Shown here: positions 54,591 to 64,000 of the stretch, piece after piece | Numbering within the stretch: the first letter of the stretch is position 1 | Layout: each line of letters starts with the position of its first letter | DNA from: Chloroflexota bacterium | GTDB lineage: Bacteria > Chloroflexota > Limnocylindria > Limnocylindrales > CSP1-4 | Assembly: GCA_027364875.1 (NCBI GenBank) | Contig: DAHXON010000001.1 | Location: 20,567 to 84,566 of the forward strand | Length of the DNA: 64,000 bases | Direction of reading: 5' to 3' | Position numbers and translations under genes: made by a program | Notes under the pieces: generated by a model | Seen by the model: the letters and a program-made list of their open reading frames with translations, nothing else | Told to the model about the DNA's origin: nothing | The model's database searches: none

Positions 54591-56246
54591 CTATCCACCC
54601 AGCGCGACCAGCAGAAGTTCCGCGATCCGATAGCTCTTGCCGCCTCCCATGACCAGGACGGCGTCCCCGGGCTTCACTCGACCGGCAAGCCAGGCGGCGG
54701 TCTCCTCCACCGAGCCGGGAGCGCCCGCGACTATGCCCGGCCGAACCCGCGCCACCGCTTCGGCGAGTGCGGCGGCCGAGGTCACGGTCGTGTCCGGATC
54801 CCGACTCGCCCATATGTCGGCGATCGCCACGGCATCGGCCGTTGCCAGGACTCGGGCGAAGTCGTCGAGCATGGCCGCCGTCCGATGGTACGTGAGCGGC
54901 TCGTACACGGCCCAGACTCGCCGGCCCGGCTCCAGCTGCCGGATGGCCGCGAGAGTCTCGCGGATGGCGGTGGGGTGGTGGCCGTAGTCGTCATACACGA
55001 CCACTCCCCTGCCCTCGCCCTTCCGCTCGAGCCTCCGGCCGACTCCGTCGACCGATCCGAGCGCCTCCGCCACCGAGCTCGCGGGCACTCCCATCGCCAG
55101 CGCCGCGCCGGCCACTCCCAGCGCATTGGAGGCGTTGTGGCGGCCCGCCAGGCGGAGACGCACCGAAAGTGGTCCGGGCATCAAGCTGCCGTCCAGCTGG
55201 AGTGTGGTGCCGCCAGGGCCCGTCTCCGTCAGGCGGCCGGTCAGCGTCTCGTAGTGCCAGTTCGTAGCATTCGCGCCGCGGGTCGCGGCGACGTCCGGCC
55301 CCACGAGGCTTACTGCCACCAGACGCCCCTCCCAGTCGCGGAGCTTCCCGACAACCTCGGCAACGCCCTCGTCACCGATGTTGGCCACGAGAGCCGGCTC
55401 GCGCACCGCTCCGGCCGCTTTCTGGAGCCAATCGCGGAAGCACTCCACGACCGCGTCCCGGTTCTCGAAGACGTCCGGGTGGTCCCACTCCGCGCTCGTG
55501 AGGACCGCCAGATCCGGGCGGTACGGGTCGAAGTTGCCGGCGTACTCGTCCGCTTCGACGACGAATGGCCGGCCACTGCCCAGGCGGGCCGTTGACGGCA
55601 GCCCGGGCTCCGCGCCGAGGGTTGTGACAGAGCGCGGAAGGAGCGCTCCCACGCAGGCCGCCGGATCGAGCCCCGCGGATGCCAGGACGTGCGTCAGCCA
55701 GCCCGAAGTGGTGCTCTTGCCATGGGTTCCGGCCACTCCCACCAGGTACCGGCCGACCGCGGCGTCGGCAATTACCTGCTGCCAGGGCTCGATGGGGATG
55801 CCGGCTTCTCGTGCCGCCACGAGCTCCGCGTTGTCCGGGTCGATCGCCGTGAGAGCCTTGGTGACCGCGAGCCGCTCCGGGGCCTGCCCGCCCGCGCCCG
55901 GTGCGGCGGCGGAGCCGCCCGCGCCCGGTGCCCCGCCGGCACTCGCCACGCCGCCCGGTGCGCCGCCGGAGCTGCCCGCGCCGCCCGTGCCCCGGACGTG
56001 AGCGGCGTCGTGGCGCCACTGGAGACCGATCCCGGCGGCCAGGATGGGCGGCGTATAGGGCGAGGGGCCGCCGGGATCGCAGCCACTCACCAGGGCGCCG
56101 GCGGCATGGGCGAGGAGCGCCGCGGCGCTGGCGCCGGCGCCGGCGGCACCCACGACGTGGATGCGCTCGCCCGGGGCGATCTTACGGGCCGGTCGCGCGG
56201 CGGCCAGTCCGGTGCCCACGGATTCCTTGCCTCTCGGCCTGATCAT
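54591..56246 (-). CDS. Mur ligase family protein (MurC/Mpl-like) with a Gly/Ala-rich insertion
   Basis: [54 protein letters not shown]. About 40-aa insert [35 protein letters not shown]. Confidence 0.8.
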   Translation of the reverse strand: MIRPRGKESVGTGLAAARPARKIAPGERIHVVGAAGAGASAAALLAHAAGALVSGCDPGGPSPYTPPILAAGIGLQWRHDAAHVRGTGGAGSSGGAPGGVASAGGAPGAGGSAAAPGAGGQAPERLAVTKALTAIDPDNAELVAAREAGIPIEPWQQVIADAAVGRYLVGVAGTHGKSTTSGWLTHVLASAGLDPAACVGALLPRSVTTLGAEPGLPSTARLGSGRPFVVEADEYAGNFDPYRPDLAVLTSAEWDHPDVFENRDAVVECFRDWLQKAAGAVREPALVANIGDEGVAEVVGKLRDWEGRLVAVSLVGPDVAATRGANATNWHYETLTGRLTETGPGGTTLQLDGSLMPGPLSVRLRLAGRHNASNALGVAGAALAMGVPASSVAEALGSVDGVGRRLERKGEGRGVVVYDDYGHHPTAIRETLAAIRQLEPGRRVWAVYEPLTYHRTAAMLDDFARVLATADAVAIADIWASRDPDTTVTSAAALAEAVARVRPGIVAGAPGSVEETAAWLAGRVKPGDAVLVMGGGKSYRIAELLLVALGG

Positions 56247-56755
56247 GGCTCTTCGGCCGAAGGTTGGGCGAGCTCGAGCCGGGCCCGCAGGAGCTCCAGC
56301 GCGGCACGCGCGCTTGCTTCTCGATTCGCGGCCCTGTCGCCGATCCAGACGAAACGGCGGACTTCCACGCCTTGACCATCCGCCACGGCGACGTAGGTCA
56401 GCCCGACCGGCTTCGCCGCGCTACCGCCGCCGGGCCCCGCCACGCCCGTGACCGCGAGCGCCACGTCCGCGCCAAGGCGCTCAAGGGCTCCCAGCGCCAT
56501 CGCCCGCGCCACCTGGGCGCTGACCGCGCCATGGGCTTCCAGCTGGTCCTCGGGCACGCCGAGCAGCCGCGCCTTGGCCTCGTTCGAATACGAGACGATC
56601 CCACCCGGGAAGTACTCACTGGACCCGGCGATGTCCGTGATCGCCTTCGCCACGAGTCCACCCGTGCACGATTCGGCGGTCGCGAGCTTCAGGCCGAGCT
56701 CCAGGCAGCGCTTCTGGACTCGGATGGCCAGCTGGTCCAGCGGTTCCTCGCCCAT
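56243..56755 (-). CDS. pncC: Nicotinamide-nucleotide amidohydrolase PncC (CinA C-terminal domain only)
   Basis: [37 protein letters not shown]...[14 protein letters not shown] overlap with the mur ligase gene. Confidence 0.88.
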   Translation of the reverse strand: MGEEPLDQLAIRVQKRCLELGLKLATAESCTGGLVAKAITDIAGSSEYFPGGIVSYSNEAKARLLGVPEDQLEAHGAVSAQVARAMALGALERLGADVALAVTGVAGPGGGSAAKPVGLTYVAVADGQGVEVRRFVWIGDRAANREASARAALELLRARLELAQPSAEEP

Positions 56756-56761
56756 CCGGGG

Positions 56762-58246
56762 TCAGCAGGCCGAGACGTTCTTGGGCGGATGCGTGGCGTC
56801 TATGAACAGCCTGAGCCCACCGAACTTGGCAACCGACCCTACGGATACGCCGTTGACCGTCACGTACACGTTGCTCGCCTTGCCCGTGCGAATACAGACG
56901 TTCTGCTTGGCGCTGACGGTGACCTTGAAGCCGTCCGGATAAGTGCTCGTGCCGATGGCCACGCCGTCGCGGTAGTAGGCCATCCAGGCTCCACCGGCGC
57001 CCTTCACCTCGATCAGGACCACCACGCCGGTGAACGGCACGGCCACGGTCCGGCTCACGACCACCGATTTGTGGCCCTGCGTGTCCTGGCCCTGCAGCGA
57101 CAGGCGCCACACTCCCGCCGGAAGCTGGAACGAGAAGTTGAAGTCGCCGGTTGCGGTCACGGACGTCGTGGCCGGGGCGGGTGCGGGCGGAGCGCTCGCG
57201 CCTGCGGACGGGTTCGCCGACGCTCCCGCGGAGGCCGGCGCGGGCGTGGCCGACGCTCCGGGCAAGGCCGAGGGGCCCGGCGATCCCGAAGTCCCGGGCG
57301 ACGCGCCGGGAGCCGGCGAGCCGGTGGAAGGCGGCAGCGTGGCGCCCGGAGCCGGCGGTACGCCCAGGTAAGTGGTGGTCAGGGTGACGTCGGTCACGAA
57401 GCTGCTCGTTCCGGTGATCGTGACGTTGCCGTTGGTGATGATCGCGTTGTCGGCCGGCGTCGCGAACGCCACCACCGGCACGGGCGCGGTCGGCGTGGGA
57501 CTCGGAACGTAGATGTAGACCTTCACCACCTGGCTCGAGTGATTCGTGTCGATGTTCTGGGATTTGATGTCGAACTCGTTCTGGCCGGGCACCAGGACGG
57601 CCTGGTACGTCCAGTGGCCGCCGTCGTCGGCCGTGAGGGTCTTGGCGTCCTGGCCGTTCCAGGTGATCGTGACCGTGCTGCCCGCGGTGGCGGTCCCGGT
57701 CAGGAAGTAGTTCGTGGCGCCGATCGGAGCCGTGTAGTGGGCGACTCCGGGCGCGGTCACGCTGATGGTCGGATACGAGAGGAAACGGGTGACCTGGTAG
57801 CCGAAGTAGACGCTCACGATGCCGACGATGAGCACCACCGCCAGGATGACCATGTGGCTCGTCTGGAGGAAGAAGCCGCGCCGGGGCAGAACCATCGGCC
57901 GGGGCGCCCCGAGCATCGGCTGGGCGGTCGCGGCCTTCGGGCCGGTCTCGCTACGCCACTCGTCGATGATTTCGTCGGCGTCGAGGCCAAGATACGTGGC
58001 GTAGTTGCGCAGGAAGCCCCGGGCGTACACGTCGCCGGGCAGATCCGCATACTCTCCCGCCTCGAGCGCCACGAGGAACTTGTGGCGGATCTTGGTATCG
58101 CGCTCGACGCGGTACAGGTCCAGGCCGCGGACCTCGCGGGTGTCGCGGAGCTTGTCCCCCACCGTCGAGCGGCCGTTCCCATGGGAGCCCAGGCCGTTGG
58201 AGCTGGTCCGTCGCGTGGCACGGCGAATCGGGTTGTTGCTCGTCAT
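56762..58246 (-). CDS. RodZ-like HTH membrane protein (HTH_25 + TM + Ig-like + P/A/S-rich linker + DUF4115)
   Basis: VGDKLRDTREVRGLDLYRVERDTKIRHKFLVALEAGEYADLPGDVYARGFLRNYATYLGLD. TM MVILAVVLIVGIVSVYFGY. ATGA overlap with the ftsK stop. Confidence 0.8.
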   Translation of the reverse strand: MTSNNPIRRATRRTSSNGLGSHGNGRSTVGDKLRDTREVRGLDLYRVERDTKIRHKFLVALEAGEYADLPGDVYARGFLRNYATYLGLDADEIIDEWRSETGPKAATAQPMLGAPRPMVLPRRGFFLQTSHMVILAVVLIVGIVSVYFGYQVTRFLSYPTISVTAPGVAHYTAPIGATNYFLTGTATAGSTVTITWNGQDAKTLTADDGGHWTYQAVLVPGQNEFDIKSQNIDTNHSSQVVKVYIYVPSPTPTAPVPVVAFATPADNAIITNGNVTITGTSSFVTDVTLTTTYLGVPPAPGATLPPSTGSPAPGASPGTSGSPGPSALPGASATPAPASAGASANPSAGASAPPAPAPATTSVTATGDFNFSFQLPAGVWRLSLQGQDTQGHKSVVVSRTVAVPFTGVVVLIEVKGAGGAWMAYYRDGVAIGTSTYPDGFKVTVSAKQNVCIRTGKASNVYVTVNGVSVGSVAKFGGLRLFIDATHPPKNVSAC

Positions 58247-60699
58247 TCCTCGTCCTCGCCCTGTCCGTAGCTCGGACCCGGCGACGTGCTGTCTCGGCGC
58301 AGGACCTGCCGGGCGTTCGACCCGTCGAATGGCCCTATGTAGCCCCGCGCTTCGAGCTGGTCGATGATGCGCGCTGCTCTGGCGTAGCCGATCTTCAGGC
58401 GCCGCTGGAGCAGCGACGCGGAAGCGCGATCGTACTCTTGCACGACGCCCACCGCATCGAGTAGGAGGCGATCGGCTTCTTCGTCGGGCTCCTGGTCGAC
58501 GTCGGTCGTCTCTTCGCCCGTATCGACGATGCCCATGTCGTAGTGCGGCTCGGCCTCGGCGCGCCAGTGCTCGGTGATGTTGGCGATCTCCCGGTCCGAG
58601 ACGAAGACGCCCTGGAGCCGGATGGGCCGGGGCAGGTCCGCCGGCTGGAAGAGCATGTCGCCCCGCCCGATCAGGTCCTCGGCGCCGGGCATGTCCAGGA
58701 TCGTCCGCGAGTCTATCTGGGACGCCATGGCGAAGGCGATCCGGCTCGGGAAGTTGGCCTTGATGAGCCCGGTGACGACGTTGACCGACGGCCGCTGCGT
58801 GGCCAGGACCATGTGGATGCCCGTGGCGCGAGCCTTCTGGGCGAGCCGGACGATCGGATCCTCGACGTTCTTGCCCTCGCGCATCATCAGGTCCGCGAGC
58901 TCGTCGATGATGATCACCAGGTAGTTCATCTTGTCGGCCGGGTCCGCGCGGGTCTCGTTGAAGCCGGTGATGTTGCGGGCGTTCGCCCCCGCGAACCGCC
59001 GGTAGCGGTTCTCCATCTCGGCCACTGCCCACTTGAGCGCGGCTTTCGCGCGCTCGGGCTCCGTGATTACCGGGATCATCAGGTGCGGCAGCCCGTTGTA
59101 GGCGGACAGCTCCACTCGCTTGAGGTCCATGAGGACCATCCGGACTTCATCCGGCGTGGAGTTGCAGAGCAGGCTGGTGATGAGGGCGTTGACCATCACG
59201 CTCTTGCCCGAGCCGGTGGCGCCGGCGATCAGCAGATGCGGCATCCTGGCAAGGTCCGCGGCGCGGGCATGTCCGGCGACGTCGCGGCCGAGGGCGAAGG
59301 TCAGCTTGGACGCGGCGCGGAGATCCACCTCTTCGAGGATCCGCCTCAGCGCCACGATGTTGAAGTCCTTGTTGGGGATCTCGAGGCCGACCACGCTCTT
59401 GCCCGGGATCGGCGCCTCGATGCGTATAGTCCGCGCCGCAAGGGCCATGGCCAGGTCGTCCGAGAGCGCCTCGATACGGCTGACCTTGATCTCCGGCGAG
59501 GGTTCGACTTCGTACTGGGTGACCACCGGGCCGGCGTTCCAGGTTGCGACGCGGGCCGGAATGTTGAAGCTGGCGAGCTTGGCCGAGATGATCGCGGCGT
59601 TTCGCTGGTGGTCCATCGTGCTGTCGCCATTGCGCGGCGCGATGTCCTCGAGCAGCGCAAGGGGCGGCAAGTGGTACTCGGGACGCGCCTTCGGCAGGGA
59701 CAGCTGCTCGCCCGAGCCGGCCTCTCCTACGACGCCCATGGCAGGCCGCTGGCCCCTGATCGGTGCTCCGTCGCGGACCGAGCCCTCACGGGCGGGCGAT
59801 TCGGGGCCGCCGGCCCCGGGTCCGGCCTCGCTCGGATGGCCGTTGGAGATGACCGAAGACGCCACCACGCTGCCCGGGGCAGCGGCGGCGGTGCCGGCGA
59901 AACCTGCGCCCGTACGCCCGTCTTTCGACGCGGGAGGCGCGAAGGTCAGTGAGGTCGGACCGGGATTCTGCTGCGCCGAGGGGATGGACCCCAGGCGATC
60001 CTGGAGAAATCGAGGCGTGTCGTCGGCGGCCGCGGCAGCGGCCCGAGCCGCCTTCTCGGCGCGTGTCGGCTTGGCGGTGGTGGAGGCCCCGTTGCCCGCC
60101 AGAGCCGATGCCTGGCCGTCGGGCGCGGGCCGGAAGAGGCGTTCGTTGGCACGAGTCACCAGACCGCCGAGCGGGGACATGACGGCCGGAAACGACATGT
60201 CGAGGACGAGCAGGAGGCCCGCGAGGGCGAGCACGCTGAACAAGAGCGCGGCGCCGGGCCTGGTGATCAGGTCGCCCATGAAGCTCGCGATGCCCTGGCC
60301 GATCGTGCCCGCGCGTCCCGGTACGACGATCCCGGCCAGCCCGTCGATCGATAGGAACGCGAGCCAGCTGCCCAGGAGCGTGACTTCCCAGTCGCGGCTC
60401 TTCGCCTGCGTCTGGACGAGGTCGTAGCCGGAGACGAGCAGCACGAAAGGCAGAAGCCAGCGGATCGTCCCGAACAGCGGGGCCACGAGATACCACTCGT
60501 AGTCCGTGAGGCGCCCGCCCTTGAAAACGAGGCCGATGAACAGGATGACGCCGAGGAGGATCAGGGCGTATCCGATCACGATTCGGATGACGTGCCCCGG
60601 AATCGACCAGCTGCGCCCAGACCTGCGGCGTCGAGCGGCCGCCACCTGGCTCGCCGATCTGGTCGAACGAGTCGGGGTGGCATTCGTGCGAGCCGGCAA
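58243..60699 (-). CDS. ftsK: DNA translocase FtsK/SpoIIIE
   Basis: N-terminal 4 TM. Motor domain PHLLIAGATGSGKS, IIIDELADLMM, ATQRPSV. Gamma domain LYDRASASLLQRRLKIGYARAARIIDQLE. Confidence 0.93.
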   Translation of the reverse strand: MPARTNATPTRSTRSASQVAAARRRRSGRSWSIPGHVIRIVIGYALILLGVILFIGLVFKGGRLTDYEWYLVAPLFGTIRWLLPFVLLVSGYDLVQTQAKSRDWEVTLLGSWLAFLSIDGLAGIVVPGRAGTIGQGIASFMGDLITRPGAALLFSVLALAGLLLVLDMSFPAVMSPLGGLVTRANERLFRPAPDGQASALAGNGASTTAKPTRAEKAARAAAAAADDTPRFLQDRLGSIPSAQQNPGPTSLTFAPPASKDGRTGAGFAGTAAAAPGSVVASSVISNGHPSEAGPGAGGPESPAREGSVRDGAPIRGQRPAMGVVGEAGSGEQLSLPKARPEYHLPPLALLEDIAPRNGDSTMDHQRNAAIISAKLASFNIPARVATWNAGPVVTQYEVEPSPEIKVSRIEALSDDLAMALAARTIRIEAPIPGKSVVGLEIPNKDFNIVALRRILEEVDLRAASKLTFALGRDVAGHARAADLARMPHLLIAGATGSGKSVMVNALITSLLCNSTPDEVRMVLMDLKRVELSAYNGLPHLMIPVITEPERAKAALKWAVAEMENRYRRFAGANARNITGFNETRADPADKMNYLVIIIDELADLMMREGKNVEDPIVRLAQKARATGIHMVLATQRPSVNVVTGLIKANFPSRIAFAMASQIDSRTILDMPGAEDLIGRGDMLFQPADLPRPIRLQGVFVSDREIANITEHWRAEAEPHYDMGIVDTGEETTDVDQEPDEEADRLLLDAVGVVQEYDRASASLLQRRLKIGYARAARIIDQLEARGYIGPFDGSNARQVLRRDSTSPGPSYGQGEDEE

Positions 60700-60700
60700 T

Positions 60701-62368
60701 CTACACCTCCACCACGACCGGGAATACGAGCGGCCTGCGCCGCGTTTGCTCGTAGAGGTAGCGAGAGACTTCGTCCTTGACCTGGCTCTTGAGCAAGCCT
60801 ACCTCGCTCGTGCGGTCTCCGGGACTCTCAACCGCCGCCATGATGCGCTCGACCGCCCCGTTGAGGAGCGGATCGCTCTCGTTCCCGTGGATGAATCCGC
60901 GGGTCACGATCTCCGGACGGGCGACGACCTTGCCGGTCTGCTTGTCCACCGTGACCACCACGATGAACATGCCGTCGCTCGCGAGAGCGCGTCGATCGCG
61001 CAGAACGACCTCGCCGATCCCGCCCACGGAAAGCCCGTCGACGAGCACGTAGCCCGAGGTCACCGGCGCGGCTCGCCGTGCGGTGCCGTCGGCGAAGAAC
61101 TCGATGGCCTGGCCGTTCTCGATGATGAAGACGTTCTCCGGCGCCACGCCAGTCTCGACGGCCAGGCGGCCGTGCTGGACGAGCATCCGGAACTCACCAT
61201 GGATCGGGATGAAGAACTTCGGCCTCGTCAGCCCGAGCATCAACTTGAGCTCTTCCTGGCTGGCATGTCCTGAGACGTGCGCGTGCTTCACGGTGTGGTA
61301 GAAGACGTTCGCCCCGGCCTTGAAGAGGTTGTCGATGGTCCGGGCCACGTACTCTTCGTTGCCCGGGATGGGGCTGGCGCTGACGATGACGGTGTCGCCC
61401 TGCTGGATCTCCACGAACCGGTGGTCGCGGTTTGCCATCCGGGCCAGGCCCGCCATCGGCTCGCCCTGGGCGCCGGTCGTGGCGATCACGATCCGATCCG
61501 ACGCCACCGAGCCGATCTGGTCCTTGCCCACGATCTGGCCGGGGGCGAAGGTGAGGTAGCCCAGATCGGTCGCGATCCTGAAGTTCTGCTCCATCGAGCG
61601 GCCGACGACGGAAACCCGTCGATCGAAGGTCGCGGCGGCGTCGATGACCTGCTGGATGCGGGCAATGTTGCTGGCGAAAGTCGCCACGATCACGCGGCCC
61701 GTCAGCGGCTCCATGATCTCTCGGAACGTCTCGCCGACCGTCCTCTCCGACGGCGTGTAACCAGGGTTCTCAGCGCGCGTGGAGTCGGAGAGCAGGCAGA
61801 TGACGCCTTGCTCGCCGAGCTTGGAGAGCATGGCGAAGTCCGAGCGGCGGCCGTCCACGGGCGTGTGGTCGAACTTGAAGTCGCCCGTGGTCACAACGGT
61901 GCCCACAGGGGTGTGGATGGCCATGCCCATCGCGTCGGGGATGGAGTGGCTGATCCGGAACGGCTCTACGCGGAACGGCCCGATGGTCAGGTCGTCGCCC
62001 GGATCGAGCGGTAGGAGCGGGTTGTTGTGGAGCTTGTGCTCCTTGATCTTGATCCCCAGAAGCCCCCGCGCCAGCGTGGACGCGTACACGGGCACGCCGG
62101 GCAGATACGGCAGCACGTACGGCAGGCCGCCGACATGGTCCTCGTGGGCATGGGTGATCAGGAAGGCGCGGACCTTCGAGGCGTTCTCTCGCAGGTACGT
62201 GACGTCGGGTATGACGAGGTCGATGCCGAACATCTCCTCGTCGGGGAACATGAGTCCGCAGTCCACGACGATGATGTCGTCGCCGTACTCGAAGACGTAC
62301 ATGTTCTTGCCGATCTCCCCCACGCCTCCAAGGGGGATGATCCGTAGCGGTATGTCGTTGTCAGGCAT
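60701..62368 (-). CDS. rnj: Ribonuclease J
   Basis: LRIIPLGGVGEIGKNM, ITHAHEDHVGGLPY, beta-CASP region, SGHASQEEL. Confidence 0.93.
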   Translation of the reverse strand: MPDNDIPLRIIPLGGVGEIGKNMYVFEYGDDIIVVDCGLMFPDEEMFGIDLVIPDVTYLRENASKVRAFLITHAHEDHVGGLPYVLPYLPGVPVYASTLARGLLGIKIKEHKLHNNPLLPLDPGDDLTIGPFRVEPFRISHSIPDAMGMAIHTPVGTVVTTGDFKFDHTPVDGRRSDFAMLSKLGEQGVICLLSDSTRAENPGYTPSERTVGETFREIMEPLTGRVIVATFASNIARIQQVIDAAATFDRRVSVVGRSMEQNFRIATDLGYLTFAPGQIVGKDQIGSVASDRIVIATTGAQGEPMAGLARMANRDHRFVEIQQGDTVIVSASPIPGNEEYVARTIDNLFKAGANVFYHTVKHAHVSGHASQEELKLMLGLTRPKFFIPIHGEFRMLVQHGRLAVETGVAPENVFIIENGQAIEFFADGTARRAAPVTSGYVLVDGLSVGGIGEVVLRDRRALASDGMFIVVVTVDKQTGKVVARPEIVTRGFIHGNESDPLLNGAVERIMAAVESPGDRTSEVGLLKSQVKDEVSRYLYEQTRRRPLVFPVVVEV

Positions 62369-62402
62369 CTAGTCTCGTGTGACGGGCGTTGTTGCGTCCA
62401 TC

Positions 62403-63254
62403 CTAAAAGAGGGTGAGTTGGTCTGTCGGGTCGGATTCGGCGTCGGTCGCGACGGAATGGATCGCGGCGCCGGCGTTTTCCTCGGCTGAAAGCTCGGTCG
62501 AAGCATGCGTCTCGCCTCCCGATTTTGGCAGGTTCGGCGCTTTGGCACCGGTGGCGGGGTCTGAGACCTCCGCGGGCCCAGGCTCGGCATCGATCGGCTC
62601 GTCCTGAATCGCCGACTCGGCCGGCGCCTGTGCCGGCGCTTCCGTCGCGATTCTGCTCGCGCGGAGCTTCCTGGACGCGATCAGCGCCGCGGGCACTCCG
62701 GCCATGTCACGGAACGACATCGCTTCGACGCCTGGATCGCGCAGAGCCGCGGCCGGGTGGTACATGAAGTAGACCAGGGCGTCGGGTGCCCCGGATTCGA
62801 CCGGCGCCGTCCGGTAGGTTCCGTGGACCTGGCCGATCCGTGCGCCGGGGCTGAACCGCGCCATCGAGAACCGTCCCAGCGTCACCACCAGGGCCGGATC
62901 GAGGGCCTGCATCTGGCGCGTCAAGAACGGGCTGCAGGCCGCGATCTCGTCAGGCTCCGGATCGCGGTTCTCGGGAGGGCGGCACTTGACGACATTGGCG
63001 ATGAAGACCTCATTTCTTGTCCAGCCGATCGAGGCCAGCAGCTTCTCGAGCAAATCGCCTGCCCGGCCGACGAATGGCCGGCCCTGCCGATCCTCGTTGA
63101 AACCGGGCCCTTCGCCGACGAACATGACCTCGGTATCGGGATTGCCCTCGCCCGGGACTGCCCTCGTTCTGGTCTGGTGCAAACGGCATCGCGTGCAAAC
63201 CGCCACCTCCCCCGCGATGGCGTCGAGCGCCGAGCGGCGCTCGGCATCGGTCAC
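62403..63254 (-). CDS. udg: Family-4 uracil-DNA glycosylase (Fe-S) with a ~100-aa acidic disordered C-terminal tail
   Basis: CTRCRL, VPGEGNPDTEVMFVGEGPG..ED..G.PFVG.AG.LL, NVVKCRPP.NR.P. GTGA overlap with the asd stop. Confidence 0.85.
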   Translation of the reverse strand: MTDAERRSALDAIAGEVAVCTRCRLHQTRTRAVPGEGNPDTEVMFVGEGPGFNEDRQGRPFVGRAGDLLEKLLASIGWTRNEVFIANVVKCRPPENRDPEPDEIAACSPFLTRQMQALDPALVVTLGRFSMARFSPGARIGQVHGTYRTAPVESGAPDALVYFMYHPAAALRDPGVEAMSFRDMAGVPAALIASRKLRASRIATEAPAQAPAESAIQDEPIDAEPGPAEVSDPATGAKAPNLPKSGGETHASTELSAEENAGAAIHSVATDAESDPTDQLTLF

Positions 63255-64000
63255 GCGCCCTCCCCTACCCCGGCCTCGGTCCGCCGGCGCGACCGGGCCT
63301 TGACCCAGCCTCGTTCGATCAGTCCCTCGGCGATCTCGACCGCGTTGGTGGCCGCACCCTTGCGGAGGTTGTCGCTGACGACCCAGAAAGCCAGGCCGCG
63401 CTCCACCGACGAGTCCGTGCGGACCCGGCCGACGAAGACCTCGTCCTTGCCGGCGGCCTGGGTGGCGATCGGATAGGTGTGGGTCTCGGGATCGTCCATG
63501 ACGATCACCCCCGGGACTGCGGCAAAGGCGGCGCGGGCCTCGGCCGGGCTCATCGGCCTGGTCGTCTCCACGTGGACGGCCTCGGAGTGGCTGACGAACA
63601 CCGGCACGCGGACGGCCGTGCACGAGATCCGAAGCTCCGGCAGGTGCAGGATCTTGCGGCTCTCGGTGACTATTTTCCACTCCTCGCGGGTGTAGCCGTT
63701 GTCGAGGAAGACGTCGATCTCGGGGAGGACGTTGAAGGCGATCGGGTGCGGGTAGACCGTCGCCACCTTGGGCTCGCCCGCGACGTGGGCGCGAATCTGC
63801 GTCTCGAGCTCCGAGAGAGCCTCGGCCCCGGTCCCGGACACCGATTGATACGTATCCACGACGACGCGATCGATCCCGACCGTGTCCCGGATTGCCATCA
63901 GAACGGGCACGAGCTGCATCGTGGAGCAGTTGGGGTTGGCGATGATTCCTTCGTGCCACTCGGCGTCGCCGGGGTTCACCTGGCTGACGATGAGCGGGAC
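63251..64000 (-). CDS. asd: Aspartate-semialdehyde dehydrogenase, C-terminal part (5' end outside window)
   Basis: VPLIVSQVNP...IIANPNCSTMQL...YQSVSGTG...RVPVFVSHS...SDNLRKGAATNAV. Frame is open to the window edge. Confidence 0.92.
   Translation of the reverse strand, partial: VPLIVSQVNPGDAEWHEGIIANPNCSTMQLVPVLMAIRDTVGIDRVVVDTYQSVSGTGAEALSELETQIRAHVAGEPKVATVYPHPIAFNVLPEIDVFLDNGYTREEWKIVTESRKILHLPELRISCTAVRVPVFVSHSEAVHVETTRPMSPAEARAAFAAVPGVIVMDDPETHTYPIATQAAGKDEVFVGRVRTDSSVERGLAFWVVSDNLRKGAATNAVEIAEGLIERGWVKARSRRRTEAGVGEGA

Overview
High-GC (hand counts ~67-70% in coding stretches) chromosomal segment. Gene content looks like a deep-branching Actinobacteria-like / Terrabacteria genome; this taxonomic call is inference only, based on deazaflavin/F420-type enzymes, LigD, ppm1 plus a GT87 mannosyltransferase, and an asd-udg-rnj-ftsK-rodZ-like-cinA-mur ligase colinear block. 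I call about 62 protein-coding genes, densely packed, with many 4-nt ATGA/GTGA start-stop overlaps. I recognised no rRNA, tRNA, CRISPR array, transposase or integrase. Housekeeping blocks sit at both ends: miaB-miaA-hflX on the left and yajQ to asd on the right. The middle is a mosaic of accessory genes: two type II TA pairs (Phd/RelE-like and HicAB), secreted and cell-envelope proteins, three two-component regulators, F420/PPOX-type enzymes, LigD and NAD salvage genes. The most unusual signal is non-coding. The two abnormally long, lower-GC (~60%) intergenic regions flanking ppm1 carry homologous, hairpin-rich elements on the same strand, each upstream of a mannosylation gene. The second copy ends in a textbook intrinsic terminator 68 nt before the GT87 start, so it looks like an undescribed cis-regulatory RNA or sRNA family. 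Other points of interest: a shared C-terminal tripartite sorting-like signal (PPTST...[AL]PSSG + TM + Arg tail) on two secreted proteins; a probable leaderless TA operon with a near-consensus promoter; a frameshifted deazaflavin oxidoreductase; a low-GC orphan gene heading a TPR/membrane operon; a methyltransferase-polytopic membrane fusion; an E2-like acyltransferase plus two PPOX genes in one operon; and a 9-bp periodic acidic tail on a ThDP enzyme. All family assignments come from motif recognition by eye; no database search was possible.
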